62,227 nt of DNA, taken from positions 1 through 62,227 of the forward strand of contig JAQYWJ010000001.1 of assembly GCA_030145005.1 (NCBI GenBank), in the 5' to 3' direction. Positions 29,703 through 39,612 of this stretch are shown here, one piece after another. The number at the start of each line of letters is the position of its first letter. Position 1 is the stretch's first letter. The position numbers and the translations under genes are program-made. The notes below the pieces were generated by a model. That model was given only the letters and a program-made list of their open reading frames with translations. It was not told the origin of the DNA and made no database searches. The stretch is from Desulfobacter sp. Lineage in GTDB: Bacteria; Desulfobacterota; Desulfobacteria; Desulfobacterales; Desulfobacteraceae.

Positions 29703-31571
29703 TCATGGCTCCATAAGCCTATATTCGATACGCAAGGGATAGACGGTGACTATACCCGGAAATGCTGATTTTAGGTGTAAGGATATGCTAACAAGTTTCT
29801 CTTCTGCATCTGGGCTTAGTTTACTGTTCAATGCATCTTTTAATTCAAAGTTGATGGTTTCGTTTTCCATGGTTATTGGCGGGATGGGGGTATTATCCAT
29901 TGCAAGTTCAAAGGGTGCTTGCGGTACCTGGCCATGGGTGGAAGCGCTAAAAAATGTGTAGTATGCTTCAACGCCCTTAACTTCGGTGATTTTCGTTAAA
30001 GGCGCTTTTTCCTGTGCTGCCTGTAGCACTTGGACCGGTTGACCCTCTCCGCTGCGGGTGAACCATAAGGCGGTCCCTTTTGCTGATTTTAATAATATCC
30101 AGTAAGATTGTGTTGCTAAGGGTATTGAATCACGCAAGGGTATGCGACTCCAGATACGTTCACCTAATATGTTTAATTGAATTCTTGCTTCTAAGACTTT
30201 CTTGCCGGAAGGTTGACCGTTCCAATCTTCGTGCAATTCAACCAATAGTTCGGTTTCTTTTTCCAGGTTCATCAGCCCCAGTGCCAGCCCATTGATTGTG
30301 ATTGCCTTGTCTGGTGAAACCTGTTGTGCTACCCAGCGATCTTCTGCAATGTTGATACCGGTCCGGTGTGATGCGGTGAGAGGTTGCATACTGCCTGCTG
30401 CATATGAAGGCTTCCCCCCTAAACTTGCTTCGGTTTTCAGGCCGGCCGCTATCACTTCAGCATTATTTGGAATTTCCATTGTGACAGTTTCCGTAGTCAA
30501 TGCGTTTCCGGGAAAACGAACAACGGTTTTTTCTTGAGGTGATACACCTTTGTAAGGTAATGAAGAGCGTTGACGAACCAAGGTATAATTGATTTTGAAC
30601 TGTGTTGCATTGAACACACACGGTGTGTCCGATTCGAGCACGAGATCAACATTAATGTTATCCGGTATGTCAGGTAGTTGGTTATTATCTTCGGCATCAT
30701 CAAAGATAGTATTAAATTGGTCATTTAAATAACGTGTTAACGCTTTGGCCAGTTCTTCGTTGGGATTTTTACCTATAGGCACCGTATCAGCTTGCTCGGC
30801 AATTTCGCCGGGAACATTCCAAAAATACTCAATAACCTCATGGGCGTCCCCTTCAGGGACCGGTGCCGCAATACCGATACGGGGCCCTGTGGGATTACTG
30901 TGTACAATCACGTCCAATACATGTTTCGTTTCCAGATGTGCGTACATTTTTGATTTGTCGATCACCTTCATGGCAAACTTCGTAGTAACAAAGTCTTCGA
31001 TCTCTTCGTTATTTCCCACTGTACAGGTCGGTTCCTCCGCAATTGCGTCTCCATCCACCCGATAAATTTCAATTTTATCAACATCCAGGCCCCTGTTGTC
31101 ATCCACTTGATAATCTGCATACGCATCCGCCATCGCAGCGTTCATCTTGACAGGCGGCTGTGGAGTACTGCCAACCGCTCGGATAGAATATTTTCGAAAA
31201 GTCATGCCGTATTGATGGTTGAATTTTTCTTCCCTGATCGCAGGTTCCGCCTCTGAATAATCCGCATGCACAATCTGTTTTATTCTTATTTTTTTGATTT
31301 TACGAGGTGCATCAAGACTTATAATAACGGTTCTATCAGGCGCACTGACTTTAGTCGCATGTATAGGACTTGCGGCGTCCAGTACATCATATTCTTGTGG
31401 TGTAAAGACGCCTTCTATTGCACTTGTTTCCGAGTTGACTTGTATACTGTCGGCATATCTACCTGTGTTAAACGACAAATTTATGACATGACGAAATAAT
31501 CTCACCGGTGGTGTTTCCACCAATGATGTCACTTTCCAGCTTGTTGCGGAATCGGCAAGTACTATATCCAT
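29703..31571 (-). CDS. Hypothetical beta-rich protein, last gene of CIS operon
   Basis: 622 aa ORF with GAGG ribosome-binding site, co-oriented with the cluster; no recognised motif. Confidence 0.75.
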   Translation of the reverse strand: MDIVLADSATSWKVTSLVETPPVRLFRHVINLSFNTGRYADSIQVNSETSAIEGVFTPQEYDVLDAASPIHATKVSAPDRTVIISLDAPRKIKKIRIKQIVHADYSEAEPAIREEKFNHQYGMTFRKYSIRAVGSTPQPPVKMNAAMADAYADYQVDDNRGLDVDKIEIYRVDGDAIAEEPTCTVGNNEEIEDFVTTKFAMKVIDKSKMYAHLETKHVLDVIVHSNPTGPRIGIAAPVPEGDAHEVIEYFWNVPGEIAEQADTVPIGKNPNEELAKALTRYLNDQFNTIFDDAEDNNQLPDIPDNINVDLVLESDTPCVFNATQFKINYTLVRQRSSLPYKGVSPQEKTVVRFPGNALTTETVTMEIPNNAEVIAAGLKTEASLGGKPSYAAGSMQPLTASHRTGINIAEDRWVAQQVSPDKAITINGLALGLMNLEKETELLVELHEDWNGQPSGKKVLEARIQLNILGERIWSRIPLRDSIPLATQSYWILLKSAKGTALWFTRSGEGQPVQVLQAAQEKAPLTKITEVKGVEAYYTFFSASTHGQVPQAPFELAMDNTPIPPITMENETINFELKDALNSKLSPDAEEKLVSISLHLKSAFPGIVTVYPLRIEYRLMEP

Positions 31572-31609
31572 ATGCCCTCATTGTTATTACAGTAAAAATG
31601 CGGTTGCGG

Positions 31610-33646
31610 TTAAGGGCGTCCTATTCCGGGTCCCGTCGGACCTTCACGTAATTGAAGATCCTCCTTAAATTTAGTGTAGTCGCGATTAAAGGCGCCTAAA
31701 TCCGTATTAAATTTTGTTACGTTATTATTAAACGATGAATAGTTGGTGCTGAAAATTTTGTATTGGGTTTTAAAGTCTGTCAGGTTATTGTCTGCCACAG
31801 CTAAATTCCTGCTAAGGTTGTCATTTTTTTCTATAAAATCATCATATTTCTGCGAAAAATCCGTGTACCTGGTATTAAATGTTCTAACGTTTGTCTCGAA
31901 AGCACCAAGGCGTTCATCCACTTGTGACACCCTGTCGTTAAAGTCGGCATAATCTTTATTGAAGCTGTTGCAGCGATTTGTGAATTGATTATAACGAGTC
32001 TGAAAATGCCCATAATTCGTATTAAATGTTTGTATGTCAGCTTGGAACGCCGCATTGGCTGAATTGAATTGTTCGACCTCAATTCGGAATTGATCTAAAT
32101 CAGCGTTAAATCGAGTCAAGTTTGTTTCGAATAGTGATAGATCAGCTTGAAGATGGGTAACAACACCATTGATTTGTCCAAGATCACTTTGAAACTGATA
32201 GTAGTCTACATTGAATTGACCGTAGTCGTTGGTAAATTGACCGTAATCGTTGTTGAATTGATCCAGCTGGTCCTGCACGTTCGTCACGACCTCCATAAAG
32301 GAGCCAATGTCCCCAAGTTCCCCGAATCTGGTATCGACAGTCTTCGTGATATCGGCGCGTACGTGTCCCATCACCGCGAGTGTACCCATCTGGCTGGTCG
32401 TGATATTTTTTGCAGCCAGATTAAGTGCGGGAAATAAAATCTTCCTGGTGTCAAATGTCAATCCTTCCAAGCCCGTATGGAGAAAATGCGCTACTTGTTG
32501 TTGAGCGACTTTTTCTGCGGCCGATTCCCCTATTAATCCAAATTCTCGTGAGGCATAGCTATACAATCGATTAACCATATTATCGAGCAACAGACCTTTA
32601 TCAGTCACTTGGTCTTTTAATTGATTAAAGTCTTCACATATCGTGCAACTCTCATTCAGTCGATTAATATAGACTTGATACCAAGGCTCCATCCAATCTT
32701 TAATGCGAACTTTAAGCACTGCGGTACTCTCTATCACATTATCGAACTTAACTTGTTCTTCGTCTTCGTGCAAATATGTCGTGACTAAAGCATTGAAGTA
32801 CGGCCAGGCAAAATTGGAAGTTGGACGATTAATTGCGGTGGATAAAGCTTCTTGCCGTGTACGAAAATATATATCCATAGCCTGCCGCAAATCCACGTTT
32901 CCTCTATCTTGATATTGCGATACCAGGCCATCAAGCGCTGCCGCCGCTTCATTAGGCGTTGCAGCTGCAGGATCAAGGCTACGCAATGCAAAATCCAATG
33001 CTAACTGCTGGGCATTTGTGAGCTGTTCGTCGGTTGGGCCAATAATTTTGATTTTTGCTTTTCCATTGATATCCGTCTGGGCGGTAATGACACTGCCATG
33101 CCGTTTTTCAAATCCGATTTGGGTTTCCAAAGTCCCCCAGCTTGTTGCAAACGTCAGCGGCAGATTTGCTTTTGGCCGTTTTTTTTTTATATCGCGCACT
33201 TCGACCAATACAATTGCCGTCTGCCCTATATAAAGGCCCGTCTGTGCCAACCGCATGGATATACGATACCGTACATCCATGGCTGCCTGCAGGGAACGCA
33301 CCATTTCTCTGAGTTCCCGCAACTCCTGTAAAATTGCTGCCGAAACTGCGCCACCTTCCTCTATTCTTTCAATACTGCGTCCTGTCAATACCGCGACGAT
33401 CTCCGTGAAGCGCTCCGGTCCTACATAAGGTGTATTGGCGACTTGCTGGATATCGGAAAACTCACCGCCCAGGGCTGCACGTCTGTTTAACAATCGTTGC
33501 GCGACACGCAAGCCCACATCCAGTTCACCTGGAATTTCGATGGTATCGGCAATTTCTTCAACAGACTGCGCACCGTTTAAAAATTCCAACACCTGCCGTA
33601 CTTCAGCAGCTGACAACGATTCCGGTTTTATATAGGACTTAAGCAT
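31610..33646 (-). CDS. CIS-associated protein: N-terminal HhH (ComEA-like), Ig-like domain, long Phe-heptad coiled coil
   Basis: DVGLRVAQRLLNRRAALGGEFSDIQQVANTPYVGPERF; central domain paralogous to 33661-35262; 29 heptad repeats. Confidence 0.75.
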   Translation of the reverse strand: MLKSYIKPESLSAAEVRQVLEFLNGAQSVEEIADTIEIPGELDVGLRVAQRLLNRRAALGGEFSDIQQVANTPYVGPERFTEIVAVLTGRSIERIEEGGAVSAAILQELRELREMVRSLQAAMDVRYRISMRLAQTGLYIGQTAIVLVEVRDIKKKRPKANLPLTFATSWGTLETQIGFEKRHGSVITAQTDINGKAKIKIIGPTDEQLTNAQQLALDFALRSLDPAAATPNEAAAALDGLVSQYQDRGNVDLRQAMDIYFRTRQEALSTAINRPTSNFAWPYFNALVTTYLHEDEEQVKFDNVIESTAVLKVRIKDWMEPWYQVYINRLNESCTICEDFNQLKDQVTDKGLLLDNMVNRLYSYASREFGLIGESAAEKVAQQQVAHFLHTGLEGLTFDTRKILFPALNLAAKNITTSQMGTLAVMGHVRADITKTVDTRFGELGDIGSFMEVVTNVQDQLDQFNNDYGQFTNDYGQFNVDYYQFQSDLGQINGVVTHLQADLSLFETNLTRFNADLDQFRIEVEQFNSANAAFQADIQTFNTNYGHFQTRYNQFTNRCNSFNKDYADFNDRVSQVDERLGAFETNVRTFNTRYTDFSQKYDDFIEKNDNLSRNLAVADNNLTDFKTQYKIFSTNYSSFNNNVTKFNTDLGAFNRDYTKFKEDLQLREGPTGPGIGRP
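32201..32262 (-). repeat. About 3 copies of a degenerate 21-bp coding tandem repeat
   Basis: Encodes (Q)FNNDYG-QFTNDYG-QFNVDYY. Confidence 0.7.
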
Positions 33647-33660
33647 AACAGATAATCATC

Positions 33661-35262
33661 TTAAGGCTGATTGATCTTGCCGAGAATTTCATTAACATGG
33701 GTTTGGATATTTGAAATATTACCCATGAGTGTTTCCTGATCCGGCACATTGAATTTAACAATATTACTCTCCATAAGCGACATGGTGCCCAATACATCCG
33801 TACCGATTTTAGCGGCACTTTCCTGCAATGTACTCATTGAACCTTTTAACTCGCTTACATCAGTATCTATATTATCAACAGCGGATAGTTGAATAGCTTG
33901 ATTCATGACCGTACCGAATCCGGGTTGTTGTGTACCTCCGTCCCCGGCTGCTTCGGAATATTTCATGACATTCCACGACTGCTGACTGCCGACACCATAC
34001 TGCACCGTTTCTTTGACCCGGCTCGACACCTCGGGATCGACAGGAATGTCAATCTGATCGACTGCCTTTCCAAAGGCATTCAATATCTTGTTTTTATGAA
34101 TAACGCCGACCGCTGACTGCACTTCATCCTCCAAAGTGATTTTAAAACCCTGTAACGTCACATAAATGTCCGGATCGACACGCGGTTCCAACACATCGAT
34201 AATGCCGTTGACTTCAGGCTCATCATATTCAAAATACCAATCGATCCATGGACCGACCCAATCTTTAAACGCAATTTGAATCGCACTGGCAGCTGATTTG
34301 GTATCGGGCGTGGTTGGGTCACCATCTTCTTTAGCGATGGCCATTACCGTAGACCGGTAATATTTCCAATTACCGCCGAAACCGACATCTCCCTGCCAGT
34401 GCCCCGCCTGCATTCCCACGTAATACGTGTCAGCAAAACGATGCATGAATCGCATACTGCTGCGCTGATACACATTCCTCATCTCGGTATAAGCACCCGC
34501 AGCAGTTTCACCACTGGCGTTGGGCGCATCGTTCAAGGTCTCCATTACGGTTTTACCGCCGGCCTGCACCACGGTATCCAGGAAACCTTCAACTTGTATT
34601 TCGTCTTCCTCACTCATTTCCTGCTGATGCTCTGAACTCACCCGCACTTTAGCTATACCTGATGAATCGGTACGCACTGAAATGGAATGACCGTCGATGC
34701 CGCTTCGTGTGGTAAATCCATCAAAGGGTTTTAACCTGCCCCAACTCGTGATGAAGTCCACCCATGGCCGGTTGGGGGGGATATCGCCATTCAGCGTTTT
34801 TACCGTAGCGGTGAGAACAGCACGTTCGCCCAGGTTGTAGTTCTCCTTTGTGGTCTCCAGCGTAACAACGTACTGGTCGCGCAAAGGTTCTATGGAATCT
34901 TTGAAATCATTGTAATCATCGGTCATGAAGGTTTCGAACTCTGCCTGTTCAACCACATCGGTTTCTTCCAGCTTGATAACCCGGCCGGATAGTGTATCTA
35001 TATCCGACGTATCGCCCGCTTCACCGACAAATCCCTCCAGGGATTCGATTCTGCCGCGCAACGTATAATCGGCACCGCTTTCAAAGCCAACGAAACTTTC
35101 AAGTCCGTCAACCCGGGTATAAACGGACGATAATTCATCTGCTATGGTTTTTACACTGGAGACAAGCGCGTTCCACTCTTCATGTTTAATAAGATCGCCT
35201 TGTATTTTTTCAGTAAAGGACCCCAATTCCGTAATTGTGTCCTGCAAATCCTGAAAGCTCAT
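33661..35262 (-). CDS. CIS-associated fibre/accessory-like protein (coiled coil + Ig-like)
   Basis: GDLIKHEEWNALV N-terminal motif, fibritin-like LRGRIESLE/LSGRVIKLE repeats, and FITSWG...RTDSSGIAKV domain; follows baseplate I. Confidence 0.65.
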   Translation of the reverse strand: MSFQDLQDTITELGSFTEKIQGDLIKHEEWNALVSSVKTIADELSSVYTRVDGLESFVGFESGADYTLRGRIESLEGFVGEAGDTSDIDTLSGRVIKLEETDVVEQAEFETFMTDDYNDFKDSIEPLRDQYVVTLETTKENYNLGERAVLTATVKTLNGDIPPNRPWVDFITSWGRLKPFDGFTTRSGIDGHSISVRTDSSGIAKVRVSSEHQQEMSEEDEIQVEGFLDTVVQAGGKTVMETLNDAPNASGETAAGAYTEMRNVYQRSSMRFMHRFADTYYVGMQAGHWQGDVGFGGNWKYYRSTVMAIAKEDGDPTTPDTKSAASAIQIAFKDWVGPWIDWYFEYDEPEVNGIIDVLEPRVDPDIYVTLQGFKITLEDEVQSAVGVIHKNKILNAFGKAVDQIDIPVDPEVSSRVKETVQYGVGSQQSWNVMKYSEAAGDGGTQQPGFGTVMNQAIQLSAVDNIDTDVSELKGSMSTLQESAAKIGTDVLGTMSLMESNIVKFNVPDQETLMGNISNIQTHVNEILGKINQP

Positions 35263-35264
35263 AA

Positions 35265-37805
35265 TTATTCTCCTCGTACTATTTGCTCTTCCACCGCAAG
35301 CTTTACGTTAACCCCTGCAGGCCGTACTTTTTTGATGCCCTGCCACACGCGGTCGATAATGGCGGGATGAACAGTTTCATCCGCCGTTATTGTCTGTAAT
35401 CGGACAATCGCGGTAAACGTGCGTCTTCCCGACCATTCCAGCCAGACTTTCGCGGCGGGGGTGTAGGGGAACACGGTGCTGTCAAAGATTTGCTCCGGCG
35501 GTTCGGGTTCCGGGTCATTTTCCCCGTAACGCCCGGGATAAGGTGCGTCCTGGTCGCGGGGCGGGAATAAACGGTCTTCACGTGTCCCCCCTGGCCGATC
35601 TACCGATACAGGTTCCAGGTCGGGAGGTGGTAATAGACGACCCTCACGTGTCCACCATGGCCGGCTTACCGATACAGGCATGGTCTCCGTTTCCAAAGAA
35701 AGGTAGCGCCAGGTGGACTCTCCCACGGGAATGCGCGGCACCGCGGGTAAGCCGCCATCGACAATGCGTTCGTTTGTCGGTTTGACGCGCATACGCAGAT
35801 CGTTAATGGCGACAGGGCCGGAGCTCTTAAATGCTTCACTCTCCCATGTCCCTGACTCTGCGGCGATGGAGTCTGTCCATTGCACCACGTGTACAGGGTT
35901 TTCATTTTCACTGCGGGGACTGTCAGCATAAACAGTCCACTGGCGGGTAGTGCGATCGAAATATTGCCAACTCGATGAAGCGGGATGAAAGCGCCAGAAA
36001 TCCCTTGGTGCAGCGTCTTCGGTGAAATATACACTGTCAGCCCGACCTTGTGATACCCACCGTTGACTACCCGTTTGATACTGGGCAATATCGCGGCCAT
36101 CAAAACGAAACAAGCCGCGACTGGTGCAAAACCAGACCAGCCCCCGTGCGTCTTCCCGGATAGCATGCACTTCGCCATCGGCAAGGTCGGGATAGGCCTC
36201 CAACAGTGTTTTATAGGTCAGACCGTGTTCCGGACGTGCACGATAGCGGGCAAAGCCCTGTTGTGTGCCGATCCATAAGGAAGCATCGGGGCCAACATGA
36301 ATGCTCGTAACCGGCGGCAGATAAACTTCGTTCGCTTGCGGCAATTCACCCAGGATAAGAGGATTCCAGTCCTTAATCTGGTCGGATTCTTCTTCACCGC
36401 GATACCAATACCAATCTTCCGTGCCGGTTTGAAATTGAAATAACCCTGACTCACCGCCAAAATACATCACCCCATGCGGGTCTTGATGCAATGCGTAGAT
36501 TTCCGTGCCTGTCAAATCAGAGTCAGTCACACTATCGTCAGGGTTCAGCCACACAGCACCATTATTTGTGGCAACCCACACGGTGCCGTCTTTATCCTTC
36601 AAAATATCGTAAACCGCTTGCCCGGCCAGCGGTGCCACCGGTGTGGCTTCGAAAGGATCTCCATCGTCAGGAAAGAGGGGCATGCGCAGCAAGCTGTCGG
36701 CTGTGCCGATTAACAATGCCTGATCTTGTTCGAACAGGCAGTGAATAATGCCTAAACCAAGGCTACCCAACACCTGCGTCCAACGGCTGCCATCATAACG
36801 CCATAGTTCGCCGTTGCCGTTACTATGAGTGGCAACCCATAAAAAACGGTCTTGTGATTGATGCATCGTGGTCACCACGCCGGCCGGGGCACCGGCTGCC
36901 GTATCCCACGGTCCGGCTGCGGTGGGATCGGCGTCTGTGGTACCGGTAGGATCCGATCGTGCAGCCAGCACGGCCTTTCCCGAACCTAACCATGACTGGT
37001 AGGCAGGCTGCAATCGCAGTACATTTCCGTCGGCGATGGTGCCCTGGTAGCCAATGCCTGAACGGGGAAACTCACTGCCCGTGTGAAAGAGTTCCACTAC
37101 CGGATTTTCCGTGGCGTCCTGTTGATCCGGAATGGTGTTCACGCCTTCAATATACAAGGTCAGCGGCGCGGCTTCCAGGCCATCATTGACAAAACTCCAG
37201 CGCATCAATGGTCCTATCACATGCAGCTGCTGCCCATCTTTGCCCAACGGCGCGCCCCGTGCTTTAAACGTTCTTCTTACCGTCACCAGGGGTGCAAACT
37301 CTTCGATGGAAAAGGACCGTTCCCGTTGAATACGCGGCACCTCGGGCACTGGCGGCAATTCCGCTTCTACGATGGTACGCAATGCGTTCACTGTGCCAAG
37401 GCCATTGCGGTATAACTCAACATAGAGCCCCAGGCGCTCGCGGTATTCTTCCACCTTTTCTCTCAGCGGAAGGGGTTCCCGCCAGGGCGGCAATGCCATC
37501 AGCGCCCCCAGGCGCGCCAAATCAAATAAATAGGGAAATGCCTTGATGGTTTCGCGGTCAGCAGAATCATGAGCTTTTAAAAGATCAAGTTCCTGCTGCT
37601 TGCGATCGAGATTTAAGTACGCATCATATAACGCACTGTCGGCATAATTATACCAATGCGCCTGCATGACGTCATTCATATCCCGGCTTACATCATCCAG
37701 TATCTTACCCACTGATCTCAGGAATTCCGACACAAGACCGGTATCGTAAATTTCCGGCCGGTATAAGGACGGTAAATGCGATTTGAGTTGGTTGTATATA
37801 GGCAT
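35265..37805 (-). CDS. Baseplate wedge protein (P2 gpI/T4 gp7-like) with inserted beta-propeller
   Basis: N-terminal LPSLYRP...LYRNGLGTVNALR and C-terminal KKVRPAGV; internal DGTVWVATNNG, LWIGTQQG and VWFCTSRG propeller blades. Confidence 0.75.
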   Translation of the reverse strand: MPIYNQLKSHLPSLYRPEIYDTGLVSEFLRSVGKILDDVSRDMNDVMQAHWYNYADSALYDAYLNLDRKQQELDLLKAHDSADRETIKAFPYLFDLARLGALMALPPWREPLPLREKVEEYRERLGLYVELYRNGLGTVNALRTIVEAELPPVPEVPRIQRERSFSIEEFAPLVTVRRTFKARGAPLGKDGQQLHVIGPLMRWSFVNDGLEAAPLTLYIEGVNTIPDQQDATENPVVELFHTGSEFPRSGIGYQGTIADGNVLRLQPAYQSWLGSGKAVLAARSDPTGTTDADPTAAGPWDTAAGAPAGVVTTMHQSQDRFLWVATHSNGNGELWRYDGSRWTQVLGSLGLGIIHCLFEQDQALLIGTADSLLRMPLFPDDGDPFEATPVAPLAGQAVYDILKDKDGTVWVATNNGAVWLNPDDSVTDSDLTGTEIYALHQDPHGVMYFGGESGLFQFQTGTEDWYWYRGEEESDQIKDWNPLILGELPQANEVYLPPVTSIHVGPDASLWIGTQQGFARYRARPEHGLTYKTLLEAYPDLADGEVHAIREDARGLVWFCTSRGLFRFDGRDIAQYQTGSQRWVSQGRADSVYFTEDAAPRDFWRFHPASSSWQYFDRTTRQWTVYADSPRSENENPVHVVQWTDSIAAESGTWESEAFKSSGPVAINDLRMRVKPTNERIVDGGLPAVPRIPVGESTWRYLSLETETMPVSVSRPWWTREGRLLPPPDLEPVSVDRPGGTREDRLFPPRDQDAPYPGRYGENDPEPEPPEQIFDSTVFPYTPAAKVWLEWSGRRTFTAIVRLQTITADETVHPAIIDRVWQGIKKVRPAGVNVKLAVEEQIVRGE

Positions 37806-37807
37806 TG

Positions 37808-39610
37808 TCAGTTTACCGTATTAATTTCAACTGCGGCTAAAGACAGGCGTTCATACGCTGTCAGCTGATAATTGTCTGTTTCAGTAACAAGGGTTTGACT
37901 TAACCCGTTTTCCATGGTGAAAACAAACTGCACGACATAATCACCGATATCCCCCGGCGTAAGCCCTGTCGGGATGGGACCGGTCCACACGTTATCAATA
38001 ATGCCCTTCGGTTTGGCTAATGCTTCCGGCAGCGGCAGCACATATAGTAACTTGGAAAAATTCAATACTTGTTTTTCCGGATTATCCACTGCTTCCGTAT
38101 CATTCATGCCGTTGAGTGTGGTAATCATGATATTCAAGGCATTTTCAATTTGCGGCGGATCAGGCGGATCCTGGTCTTCCGGATGCGTAATCACCACACG
38201 CAATAACGTCGGCAGATTTGGATCAATGATCTCCAAAGCGCCTAATTGCGTGGTCTTGTTCGCTACACCTAATTGCCCTTTACCCAAGTCTTCTTCGCTG
38301 ATGAGTACGCCGTCAGCCTTTGCTTCCACAATTTGCATGTCCTGTACTTCATCAATACCGAGCACCAGTCCAATGATACGATTGACACTCCCCGGCTCAT
38401 TGACCGGCAGGCTGGAAAAATAATCGCTGATTTTTTCATGCACGGAGTCTTGTACTGCACGCAGGTCTTGTTCGAGTAAATCCGTGGATGTGACAATGCG
38501 CAGGCTCAAATCCACCTTTGTCGGCGCTTTAACACTCTCATCGAGAAAAACATTAACGCCCACGGGCCGTGAATCACGAATGGCTGTATTGATACGCCGG
38601 CTCAGTTCCGGCTCTAATTTATCAACATGCGGTATGACTTTGACTTGTCCGACTTTTATCTTGATTTGATTATCTTCCGTGTCAAACAAATCACGTTCCA
38701 CTTCTTCCACATCGGCCAATATCCCCTGTTTTGCCACGGCCTCTTTAATGGCGCCCAAAGTGGCGCGTTCACTACCGTGCAGAAAATTTTTCGCGCGGGT
38801 TTTCAATTCATCGTCTGTTTCATCCGCATTGGTGACCGCAGTAGGCGCCGGATTGGTGACACTCACGATACCGGTAATGGGTTTAGCTAATACGGTCAAT
38901 TCATCTGCGGCAACGCCCTGGGTGTTTTCTTCCACATCCCTGGCGATGACTCTTGCGGTGTTCTGACCGTCTCTGACAGTAACGGAAGCGGTGGTTTCAT
39001 ATTCCACATTACCGCCGACGGTCATGATCCTTGTGCCCGCGGGAATATAAATGGAACCATGGCTGCCCGGCGTACGGCTAAACTCTATCTCACCACTGAA
39101 ACGCCCTGCTTTGACACGTTGCGTACCCAACAAAGCCACCACATTGTCAAGTGCACTTCCCGAAGCGGTATCAATATAGGCCGATTTATAAACAGCTTCG
39201 AGCTGCGCATAAAGACGCGCAATTTCCAGACCCACCGATTCCGTCAGGGTGCGCAGCACACTGCCCACATGAATGTCGCTCAGGGTGCCGGTTGCGGATT
39301 CGGGCAAATAGTTAACATGAAACACAGTGCCTTTATCCGGTAATTGTGCGCCTTCTTTCATCCATTGCAGTTGGGCGCCATCCTCTGACAAAACATAGTC
39401 CGTATCTTTTACAAACGCATGCGATTGTCCGTTGCGGCTGCCGTAGACAGCAATAATGTCAGCGGCCGGCGATCGTTCCAGAGAATGAGCATAAGGAGGA
39501 TTTTGTGCACCCGCAGGGGGAAAAGGATGCTGCTCCGCACTCACACCTTTAACCACGGAAGTAAGTAGATTATCTATTACTTCTGCGTAGTTTCGTCTTC
39601 TAAAGCTCAT
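37808..39610 (-). CDS. Baseplate J-like (gp6) protein
   Basis: GSVLRTLTE, IDTASGSALDNVVALLG, VTNPAPT...ADETDDELKTRA and SRPVGV. Confidence 0.9.
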   Translation of the reverse strand: MSFRRRNYAEVIDNLLTSVVKGVSAEQHPFPPAGAQNPPYAHSLERSPAADIIAVYGSRNGQSHAFVKDTDYVLSEDGAQLQWMKEGAQLPDKGTVFHVNYLPESATGTLSDIHVGSVLRTLTESVGLEIARLYAQLEAVYKSAYIDTASGSALDNVVALLGTQRVKAGRFSGEIEFSRTPGSHGSIYIPAGTRIMTVGGNVEYETTASVTVRDGQNTARVIARDVEENTQGVAADELTVLAKPITGIVSVTNPAPTAVTNADETDDELKTRAKNFLHGSERATLGAIKEAVAKQGILADVEEVERDLFDTEDNQIKIKVGQVKVIPHVDKLEPELSRRINTAIRDSRPVGVNVFLDESVKAPTKVDLSLRIVTSTDLLEQDLRAVQDSVHEKISDYFSSLPVNEPGSVNRIIGLVLGIDEVQDMQIVEAKADGVLISEEDLGKGQLGVANKTTQLGALEIIDPNLPTLLRVVITHPEDQDPPDPPQIENALNIMITTLNGMNDTEAVDNPEKQVLNFSKLLYVLPLPEALAKPKGIIDNVWTGPIPTGLTPGDIGDYVVQFVFTMENGLSQTLVTETDNYQLTAYERLSLAAVEINTVN

Positions 39611-39612
39611 GG

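Noticed and set aside
32201-32262. 21-bp repeats as a possible CRISPR array
   Set aside because: No spacers; they are in-frame heptad-coding repeats, and no cas genes are present.
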